Origin: an uncultured Methanomicrobiales archaeon
Lineage (GTDB): Archaea > Halobacteriota > Methanomicrobia > Methanomicrobiales > Methanospirillaceae
Assembly: GCA_963697895.1 (NCBI GenBank)
Contig: OY969100.1
Span: 1,568,001-1,632,000 of the forward strand
Length of the DNA: 64,000 nt
Direction: 5' to 3'
Positions 9,648 through 18,265 of this stretch are shown piece by piece. The notes beneath the pieces are model-generated. The model was given only the letters and a program-made list of their open reading frames with translations. It was not told the origin of the DNA and searched no databases. How positions within the stretch are numbered: position 1 is the first letter of the stretch; each line of letters begins with the position of its first letter. The translations under genes and the position numbers were made by a program.

Positions 9648-10808
9648 TCAGAACCTATCAAGGGTCATTTGCCTCCCTTTCAGCATTTTTCGAAGAAGCG
9701 TGCTCTGTTCGATGAACCGACTGATGGGGAGTGTTAGTTTTTGAGAGCAATAGTTGAGTGCTGTTTTTATATCCTCAAACTCAACCGGAGGCTGGAGCAT
9801 CGCATTTCTGACATTTTCCCGAACATTGAACACCCCGAGTGGCACGTATCCGCTGGATGCCTCTCTGAGTATGATAGCGCCGGCCTGCTTTCGTTCCCGC
9901 GCCAGCCCCTCCAGAACTGCCATTTTACAGGAATAATAACAACCACCCACTGAAGAATACCCAATTTTACCCCGATGACCCTCATGATCTGCAAAAATCA
10001 GTTCCTCATTTCCCAGGATGCGCAGAAACGCCTCCATCCATTCGTATTGCCATCCCGTCGGCATGAGCATAACCGCGTAGTGGTTATTGAGACTACTGAA
10101 TTCCTGGACACGCCAGGTTTCTATCGGGTCATAGTTCCTCACCTCTGAAAGGAGCCGATCTCCAATCGTACTATCGCATGCGGTGATCGACCATCGCGTC
10201 GGCACAAGATGTCTTCCTCTTTTGGTTCCCATTGTCCCGACTGAAAATGCCTTTTGTATGCTGGAGAATGAAACGCCATCCCGGTGAAGGGCCATTATAG
10301 CATCCGACGCCTTCAGATCGCCATCATAATAGACCTTCTCAAGGTTATGATCCCAGGTCGTGGTACCGAGATCGAATCGTTTGATTGGGGCACTCGGACC
10401 ATGTGGCATATGTTCCTCAGAGATAGACATTCCGGTCGGTGTGCTGGTAAACGAGACCGTACTGTCGATCGATGTGGTGGAAAGAGCGATATCCTGGAGC
10501 TGCTCCACAAACCGGTTTTCCACATCCCCGACCCCGACCGGATGTTTCCCTCTCACCAGGTTCATCCGGTATCCGATGATCTCCTCCTGTGTTTTTTGTC
10601 CCGGTATCCAGGATTCAGGAGTATCCATGATCCGGGTATCCCCGGAAAGAGGAGCAATCATCGGACCTGCGTTCACTTTTGGATAGTTCCAGCTCCCGAT
10701 GAATACCGATGGGGGGGAACTCCCTGCCAGTTCCCTTCCCACCTCAACAGATCGCGAATGTGTTGCCGTTGTCAGTTTCCTGAGATATGCTCCTTTGCCA
10801 AAGGTCAC
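9648..10808 (-). CDS. nreA: Nre-family DNA repair protein (PCNA-interacting)
   Basis: [20 protein letters not shown] and [12 protein letters not shown] motifs; C-terminal PIP box QMTLDRF. Confidence 0.88.
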   Translation of the reverse strand: MTFGKGAYLRKLTTATHSRSVEVGRELAGSSPPSVFIGSWNYPKVNAGPMIAPLSGDTRIMDTPESWIPGQKTQEEIIGYRMNLVRGKHPVGVGDVENRFVEQLQDIALSTTSIDSTVSFTSTPTGMSISEEHMPHGPSAPIKRFDLGTTTWDHNLEKVYYDGDLKASDAIMALHRDGVSFSSIQKAFSVGTMGTKRGRHLVPTRWSITACDSTIGDRLLSEVRNYDPIETWRVQEFSSLNNHYAVMLMPTGWQYEWMEAFLRILGNEELIFADHEGHRGKIGYSSVGGCYYSCKMAVLEGLARERKQAGAIILREASSGYVPLGVFNVRENVRNAMLQPPVEFEDIKTALNYCSQKLTLPISRFIEQSTLLRKMLKGRQMTLDRF

Positions 10809-11265
10809 GATACCTATTGTTCGATCCCGGTTAAATATAGAAGTGCTTATTGCGGAGGGAAAGTGGGATCAATGCATAATCATTCCTCCGCCCGGAACCG
10901 AATCTCTCCGGATTACTAACAGGAACAGAATCTGATCGGATTCGACTGAAATATGCAACAGAGAACTGTGGCAGGGATTGAAAAAATCATCGATTGTTGT
11001 CAGAACTGAATTTTTTTTCCTGAACGACTTCGCCGTACTTTAAATTTTATTGAGTGTGCTTTGCAAAGAATCTTGGGTTCAGAGGTGTAATCAGCTGGCA
11101 AAGGATCGGAATATCCTATGGATTCAATATACCATATAGACACAGCGTTAATGCCGTTGGGATCAGAGGGGTTCATTATAATGGAGAACCGCTGGGATCT
11201 GAAATCCCGGATTCATCAGAGAATCATCCCGGGGTCATCCGGATGAATAAAATTCCGGGACAACT

Positions 11266-12072
11266 ATGAAGACTGATGGAAAATTGAAAGTTTTGGAACG
11301 ACGGATTGAGGAGATGGGTTCGTTACTCATTGCCTTTTCCGGCGGTGTGGATAGCGGATTTCTGGCAGCAGTGGCAAAGGATCTGCCCGGAAACAGAACT
11401 CACTGCGTGTTTTTAGACAGTCTTTTTTTTTCACGTTCTGCGGTGGATGAGGCGGAACGGATGGCCCAGGATCTCGGTCTCTCGTTTGAAATCAAATGGA
11501 TGCCGGTTATGAACGAACCTTGGGTGAAGACGAACCCGCGGGATCGATGCTATCACTGTAAGAAAAAAGCAGCACAGATTCTCCAGGCCCGCGCCAATGA
11601 ACTGGGCTTATCCGCTGTCGTCGACGGTATACACAAATCCGATATGGATGAACATCGCCCGGGTCTTTCCGCTAGCACGGAGGCAGGTGTCGTCCATCCC
11701 TTCATCGAAGCGGATATTACAAAAGAGGATATCAGAATCCTTGCCCAGGAACGGGGTTTATCATTCTGGAACAAACCTTCGGCTGCCTGTCTCTCATCAC
11801 GAATTCCCTATGGTGAAGAGATCACAAGAAATAAACTGCGGATGATCGAATGTGCGGAAGATCTACTCCGCGCTTCCGGATTTGCTCAGGTGCGGGCCAG
11901 ATATCATGGGGGAATCGCCCGAATCGAAGTAAATAAAGAGGATATACCCCGTCTTTTTGAGATGCGCGAGCAGATCGTCCTGCATTTAAAAGAAGCTGGA
12001 TTTTCCTACATCACGATAGATCTGGAGGGTTTCCGGAGCGGCAGTCTCGATGAAGTGCTGAAACATGCATAA
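11266..12072 (+). CDS. larE: LarE-family ATP-dependent sulfur transferase
   Basis: PP-loop SGGVDS, RCYHCK, RPG and KPSAACLSSR motifs. Confidence 0.88.
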   Translation: MKTDGKLKVLERRIEEMGSLLIAFSGGVDSGFLAAVAKDLPGNRTHCVFLDSLFFSRSAVDEAERMAQDLGLSFEIKWMPVMNEPWVKTNPRDRCYHCKKKAAQILQARANELGLSAVVDGIHKSDMDEHRPGLSASTEAGVVHPFIEADITKEDIRILAQERGLSFWNKPSAACLSSRIPYGEEITRNKLRMIECAEDLLRASGFAQVRARYHGGIARIEVNKEDIPRLFEMREQIVLHLKEAGFSYITIDLEGFRSGSLDEVLKHA

Positions 12073-12093
12073 CCGGAAATCCTCGGTTTCCTC

Positions 12094-13026
12094 TTATTGA
12101 TTCCCCGTAGACATAATTTTGCAGACCTTGCAGATCTCCCCGCTGCAAAAATCCCCACATATCGCACAAATCCGTAACTTGCCCTCTCGTTTGATTGCGA
12201 TGGAACGAGCCCTGATCTCATCTCTCACCCTTATGAGGTGATTCTTTACTCCGGGTTGATGATGTTCCAGATCATCAAGAATCGATCGCACTTCAGATCT
12301 CAATGCAAATCGGGTATAAGGGCATTCGGGAAGCGAAGGGAAGAACTCTCGAACAAGCAGATAAATGGCGATCTCCTTCTCCGGGAGCGATGACAGAGGT
12401 TTAATCCGCGGGATGAAATAGTCCTGATCGCCCGAGGATGTGTCCTGGATAAGGCGCGGAAGATCCCCGCGGAGAACATTCATGAGTACTGACTGTGCCT
12501 CGTCGTCGAGGTTATGTCCGGTTGCAAGTTTCGTCGCACCCGCCAGTCCGGCAGCGTGAGAAAGAGCCCTCCTGCGCAGTACTCCGCAAACGGTACAGGA
12601 TTGATTCTCCCGACCCACCAGCATCGCGTCTAAATCTTTCCCGAACATATCTGAAAAAGAAATAATCCGATGCTTAAGACCGAGGAATTTTGTCAGTTGT
12701 TCAGCCGCATGAATCGTATCATCCCGATAACCCGCGATGCCTTCATCAATCGATATGGCGGTGAGGCTGACATCCTGCCAAGTTGAAAGAATCCCATGAA
12801 GCAGCAGGATCAGTGCGGTGCTGTCCTTTCCGCCGCTCAGTCCAACCGCGATCCGATCACCTGCCGAGATCATCCGGTGCTGATTCACGTTCTGGAGAAC
12901 ACGTTCTTCTACATACGAGCAGAAATGATCGGCGCAAAAGGGTGTTTTCGGGTGCCCGGTACGGATAACCGCAGGCTCGTCGCAGAAAACGCAGCTCTCA
13001 ATTTCCGGGAGATGCGTCCCTGACAT
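12094..13026 (-). CDS. ncsA: tRNA 2-thiolation protein (NcsA/TtuA/Ncs6 family)
   Basis: SGGKDS, CTVCGVLRR, TGHNLDD and ECPY motifs; terminal Zn-finger Cys clusters. Start inferred at ATG 13026. Confidence 0.85.
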   Translation of the reverse strand: MSGTHLPEIESCVFCDEPAVIRTGHPKTPFCADHFCSYVEERVLQNVNQHRMISAGDRIAVGLSGGKDSTALILLLHGILSTWQDVSLTAISIDEGIAGYRDDTIHAAEQLTKFLGLKHRIISFSDMFGKDLDAMLVGRENQSCTVCGVLRRRALSHAAGLAGATKLATGHNLDDEAQSVLMNVLRGDLPRLIQDTSSGDQDYFIPRIKPLSSLPEKEIAIYLLVREFFPSLPECPYTRFALRSEVRSILDDLEHHQPGVKNHLIRVRDEIRARSIAIKREGKLRICAICGDFCSGEICKVCKIMSTGNQ

Positions 13027-13027
13027 G

Positions 13028-13222
13028 TTATCCTCCATGGGAAACCTGTATAATCCGTATATCGTCGTTATCACCGGCAATAATGTCTTCCGGAACGATC
13101 CTCCCGTTCTTAATCACAATTACCCCGGCAGGGCTAATTCCCATCTGCAAAAGGATCTGCTCGATCGGGGCAGGGCTCATCTTAAGAATTCGTACAGTTC
13201 GATCCGGGAGGGTTATACGCAT
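13028..13222 (-). CDS. ThiS/MoaD ubiquitin-like sulfur carrier (SAMP-like)
   Basis: About 64 aa ending VSHGG; immediately upstream of ncsA. Confidence 0.85.
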   Translation of the reverse strand: MRITLPDRTVRILKMSPAPIEQILLQMGISPAGVIVIKNGRIVPEDIIAGDNDDIRIIQVSHGG

Positions 13223-13471
13223 CAGATTTCTCAGGTTGGGCTCCTCAGCTCTTAAATATCCCGTTGACTTCTCGTGGCGCTGTTCCGATAGTATTAAACA
13301 ATTTTCGTCCCGAAGATGAGAGGGATATTCCATTGAAAGCTTAACCGGCGTGAAACGGATCCGCGGATTAATCGAAAATATTAGATGCGTATGAGTTTAC
13401 AGGGAACCTGGATTGTGATATCGATTCCTGGCATTCAGCGAGGAAATAAACCAACTGTCCCCATCAGAGAA

Positions 13472-14383
13472 TTATGGAATGCGAAGCATCCGCTCAATCG
13501 CCCGTCTCGCGGAGGTTGCGATCTCAGGAGGCACCTCAATCTGTGGTTCCATCCTTTCAAGCGCAGTATACACCTTGCAGAGATCGGTCTTTTTCATATT
13601 GACACAGACGGCTCGGGGAGATAACGGGTAATACCTTTTTCCCAGGCATTCTTTTTCCAATCGCGAGAGAATACCGACCTCGGTACCAATGATAAACTCC
13701 TTCGTCTGACTTTCACATGCATAACGGACCATGCCTGATGTTGAAAATACCTGATCTGCAGAATCGATCACTTCAGGACGGCATTCGGGATGCGCCAGGA
13801 CTTCCGCATCCGGATGGAGTCCCCTCTGACGATCCACGTCCTCCTTCGTAAACTGATCGTGCACGATACAATATCCCTCCCAGGGAAGAATCTCTTTTTG
13901 TGTAAACCTGGCCACATACTTTGCGAGATTTTTATCGGGAACAAATAACACGACGGGTTCTGAAAGAGATTCAACAACTCTCACAGCATTTGCTGATGTG
14001 CAGCAGATATCGCTCGATGCCTTTACCTCTGCCGTCGTATTTACATACGCCACGACCGCCGCATCGGGAAAACGGGTTCGGAAGATCTGGATCTCTGCAG
14101 CAGTCACCATCTCAGCCATCGGACAACATGCCTCCCGTGCAGGGAGGAGGACCGGTTTATCTGGGGACAGAATTGCCGCCGTCTCCGCCATAAAGTCGAC
14201 CCCGCAGAAGACGATAGTCGAGCATTCCATCTCTGCAGCCGCCCGTGCTAGTTCAAGGGAATCTCCCACGAGATCAGCTATTTCCTGCACCTCGGCGATC
14301 TGATAGTTATGCGCGAGAATAATCGCATCCCTCTCTTCCTTGAGCGCAAGGATCTGCTCCCTGATTGCATTATGATCCACCAT
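13472..14383 (-). CDS. nadA: Quinolinate synthase
   Basis: LAHNYQ, FCGVDFMAET, YVNT and AHPEC motifs. Confidence 0.95.
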   Translation of the reverse strand: MVDHNAIREQILALKEERDAIILAHNYQIAEVQEIADLVGDSLELARAAAEMECSTIVFCGVDFMAETAAILSPDKPVLLPAREACCPMAEMVTAAEIQIFRTRFPDAAVVAYVNTTAEVKASSDICCTSANAVRVVESLSEPVVLFVPDKNLAKYVARFTQKEILPWEGYCIVHDQFTKEDVDRQRGLHPDAEVLAHPECRPEVIDSADQVFSTSGMVRYACESQTKEFIIGTEVGILSRLEKECLGKRYYPLSPRAVCVNMKKTDLCKVYTALERMEPQIEVPPEIATSARRAIERMLRIP

Positions 14384-14609
14384 TATTCCTTCTCACAATG
14401 TTTGTGCGTTAACCGGGTTATGCTCGATCTCCAGCGAATTGATCCCAGCTTCCTGACAAGATTGTTCATTCGAACGGTTAATGGTTACAGACAAACGCAA
14501 TGATGAATAAATATGTTGGAAACATCTCCGGCACAGTTGTACGAATGCCCCTGCACGGTCGCATCGGAATTCCCTCTTACTTTCTTCATCACACTTTTTT
14601 CCCGAAGAT

Positions 14610-16060
14610 TCAGTCGTTCTTGCCATTTGGAGAGGATAACAGTTTCCGGGAAGGAGATTTCCGGGGGTGTAGTTTACGGGATTTTTGCATCCTTATGTCG
14701 CCTTCAAGGGTGATCTCGTGTTCCCGGCAGATCTCACGCATCTTTGGGGGAGCTCTTTCCAGCGCCAGAGACCCCATCTTGCAAACTCTTTGGGAAGTCG
14801 GCGGCCCTGAGTCCACCGGTTGAGAAACCCGTTCCAACGCTCCGCGTATTCGGGATGGAGCACCTTCATAAGCTCGTATTCACTCTCGAGCATTGCCGGG
14901 CAGAGATAGCATCCGATCCGCTCGAGACCCTGGTCGTACAGAGGATTATACGGGATCCCTGACCACCAGAGATATAAAAAGACCTCAAGAGCACGCCAGT
15001 TCCGTATCGGTGATATGTTTAACTGAAGCGGATTTGCAGGATTCTGGCTTGTGATATCGAGATCCGCCCGGTTCCAGGACTCATACCACCGATTTCCCTG
15101 GATTGTCACACACGGGCCGATGTCGGCCAGATGCAGTTTCAGGGGTTTGAGTTTCAACAGTTTGCAGCACCAACGGTGATCTTTTGCCGGGGGGCCCGCC
15201 TTTTCGACCGCATTCCAGAAATCTTCTTTCCCTCTGACAATCTCCACACCCTGAGACTCGACAAAGGATACAGTCTCTGGAAATTCTATCCCGGAATCAA
15301 TGAAGAATGCATCTAATATCCCCGCCTTACGCGCAAGTGTGAGAACTGCGGTGCTGTCCTTCCCTCCGGAGAACGATACATTTACCCGTGGACGATCTCC
15401 CGCATGCTGCTTAATCGCACGAATAGCATTCCTTTCAAGGTTTTTAATATGATAGCGGTTCCGATTCACCGCAACCGTCCAACCGGGGTTTTTTATGGTT
15501 CGCGGCGTGACCGGGTTGATCTCCTTTACCCTGAGATATCCTTCCCTCAGAACTCCTGTCCCGAACCCCTTCCGGTATTGCACTACAATGGTTCCATCCG
15601 GTTCACCGGTTTCAACCCTAAATCGTTTCCCGCCAATCCGGCCATCCAGCCGGTGGCGTTCGGTTGACAAAATGGCAGACTCCAGGTCAATAATTCCACG
15701 GGTTATCTGATGCAGGATGGAAGGCAGCGCCTCTGGAGCAACGTCAAATCTGAACTGCCGGACGATGGGATCGAAGGATAACCATCCAAATCGTTCACCA
15801 TGCACGATCACCAGCTCATTCCGGTCGATTCCCCCCGCCTTGTTCAGAAGTACGATCTCGGGGATATCAACTTCGCCAAAACGCTTTCCGATTAATTCAC
15901 GGAGGAGTTCCCGGTCGGCTGCGAGCGCCGGACGTACATCAAACGGAGAAAGGAGAGGGACCCCTCTCCCTTCTGCACCGCAACTGCACCATCTCCCTAT
16001 CAGGGGAATATCGCAGGTATCGCACCAGTACAGAACTTTCTTCACCGGCGGTTCTCGCAT
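14610..16060 (-). CDS. PAPS-reductase-family PP-loop Fe-S protein with N-terminal Zn ribbon; one base missing in the G5 run at 14746-14750
   Basis: WCDTC...CSCG, SFSGGKDS, RWCCKLLK and RIGCYLCP motifs. The frame breaks at WRWKELP and continues as PKMREICREH in ORF 14610..14837. Confidence 0.8.
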
Positions 16061-16200
16061 CTACAGACACGTGCCACCGGAGCAGTGATAATATCGATGT
16101 TTGTATCAAAACGGAGGGGCGGAAAGAACGCGATCAGGAAGAGAAACGCCAAGGTGATTTTCTGGCTCCTATTTAACTATCGTTCTGCAAAATAGCAAGG

Positions 16201-16818
16201 TTAATCTTTAATAGTTTCAGCTGCTCCTCTTGCGATCTTCCCCAGGGTTGGGCCGGCAGTAGTTATGCCCGAGGCTATAGAATATTCCATTGCAGGGTAA
16301 ATTGTACCTCTATTCTGAACATAATCGGGCGCTTTTTCATCTAATTTTTGAACCGGGAGGGTTTCCGGTATCGGACACTCTATGATGTTAGATGCGGTCA
16401 CCGTATAATTTAATGACTCTATATAGGGTTTGAGATGAATGATCGTAATCAGGGGTTCATTTTTTTTAAAGGGCGATCTTGAGAGCAGCTGTGACCTGAA
16501 TGACGGTTTGACCCTACTGATTTCGAGAAAATCATCGGTGAACTTTTCAAATAACGGGGTTATTACGGGCAATTCCACCTTTTCATCACTATTTGTATAA
16601 AGGGAGACCAAATCGTCAGATGCCTCGATCCGGGACATTCTGGATTGAGGAGCGATTCTCATATCTGATCCCCGGTGAAAGAAGAATTGCCCATCTAAAT
16701 GGAGGAAGTTAATTATATTTGGATCAGGGATCATCCGGGAAATTAACAGAAACGCTGAAAAATGATTTCTCTCCACATCCTGAACCTTCGAACGTTTTTC
16801 CAGCTTTCCGTATATCAT
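16201..16818 (-). CDS. Hypothetical protein
   Basis: 205-aa ORF filling an intergenic gap; no recognised motif; start uncertain. Confidence 0.5.
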   Translation of the reverse strand: MIYGKLEKRSKVQDVERNHFSAFLLISRMIPDPNIINFLHLDGQFFFHRGSDMRIAPQSRMSRIEASDDLVSLYTNSDEKVELPVITPLFEKFTDDFLEISRVKPSFRSQLLSRSPFKKNEPLITIIHLKPYIESLNYTVTASNIIECPIPETLPVQKLDEKAPDYVQNRGTIYPAMEYSIASGITTAGPTLGKIARGAAETIKD

Positions 16819-17091
16819 TAGTACTCTTCTTCCCTCTCCGCAATAATATGTTTTTTTATACGGTGCTTCGAAGGATTAATCTTCCATCAGGAGAGCCCGG
16901 GTATCGCAAAAAAAGTGCATTTCCCACCGTAGCAAGATGTTTCATCCGTTGATATGTACTCAGTTATTTACTCATCTTCCTGACCGCCTTTTAGTATGCA
17001 CATCGACGTTTTTGAAAAGAGAATTTTCTACTTCCGGTCAATTCCTCCAATTAAATGGTGATTTTTTTTCTTTTAATTATTCCATTCGGGC

Positions 17092-18024
17092 TTATTGTTC
17101 CTTCTCCTGCTCAGCGACATGTTTATCCTTCCGTTTTATCGGTGCATTCTCCTCGGATAGCATCTTCGCGAGGGAAACCGTACCCGTGATATCCCCGAGC
17201 GTCATCGTTTCAAGGACGGTTGAGGGAACGATGACAAGGGTCGCCTTTTCTTTCAATCCTTCATAGAGCATGTTCATCGCACGAAGGTGCAGAGCGACGG
17301 GGTTATGCTGATACGTCTTTGCCGCCTCTTCGAATTTTTCTGCAACCTGACGCTCTGAATCGCCGAGGATCACACGTGCCTGCCGTTCCCGCTCGGCCTG
17401 CGCCTGCATCGACATCGCGTTTTGTAATTCTACCGGGATCAGGATATCACGGATTTCAACGGAGCTGATGTGGATCCCCCATTCGATTGTTCGCTGGTCG
17501 ATGATCTTCTGGAGCTCGATATCGAGTTTTTCACGCCCTTCCAGCATATCAGCGAGGAGGGATTTCCCGATTACCTCACGAAGGGCCGTCTGTGATGCAA
17601 GACTGATGGCGGACTGGTAATCCATGACTTCCAGTGCTGATTTCTGGGGGTCGGTCACCTTCCAGAAAAGAATTGCCTCTACATCCACCGGGACGGTATC
17701 CTTGGTCAGCGTCTTTTCGGCCTTGAATGTGGTAGTGATGATTCGGATATCTATCCAGTATGCGACCTTTTCAACAATGGGTATGATGCGAAACAGACCA
17801 GGTCCCCGCAATCCGGTGAACTTTCCGAGCCGCAGAATCACCGCCTTCTCCCACTGATCTGCAATTTTTACCGAAGCGGCTATGAATATGGCGATAATAA
17901 CCCATATTACACCGATAATGATGTAGATCCATTGGAAATAGACGAATCCCACGTAGAAGAGCCATATCGCAGGGATGAGCAGGACTGCAAAGATGAGATA
18001 AGAGAGGGTCTGATGTTGTGCCAT
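17092..18024 (-). CDS. SPFH/band 7 (stomatin-like) membrane protein
   Basis: N-terminal TMs, RLGKF..GPGL, TKDTVPVDV and QAQAERERQAR motifs. Confidence 0.92.
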   Translation of the reverse strand: MAQHQTLSYLIFAVLLIPAIWLFYVGFVYFQWIYIIIGVIWVIIAIFIAASVKIADQWEKAVILRLGKFTGLRGPGLFRIIPIVEKVAYWIDIRIITTTFKAEKTLTKDTVPVDVEAILFWKVTDPQKSALEVMDYQSAISLASQTALREVIGKSLLADMLEGREKLDIELQKIIDQRTIEWGIHISSVEIRDILIPVELQNAMSMQAQAERERQARVILGDSERQVAEKFEEAAKTYQHNPVALHLRAMNMLYEGLKEKATLVIVPSTVLETMTLGDITGTVSLAKMLSEENAPIKRKDKHVAEQEKEQ

Positions 18025-18265
18025 AGAGTCCCTCTTCGCGTTTTTTATGATATAGGTTTGGGTTATTCCTGTCACCCCGGATCTGTAAATTCAGAGTATT
18101 ATACCGATTTGATCCATCTGTTCCCTCTCACGTGGTCAAAAATTCTGATTCCCGACTCCTAAACCGACCTGCAACGGTAAGCGTTAATCTGTTTCTCTTC
18201 ACATTTTTCGTTCGTACTTCACCGGGCCTCTCGTGATGTTGATTACCCTTGTATCATGATGCCCT

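Noticed and set aside
9596-9650. GGCGATG-starting segment resembling a fluoride riboswitch (also at about 52860)
   Set aside because: The required pairing and pseudoknot are missing and no fluoride-related gene follows.
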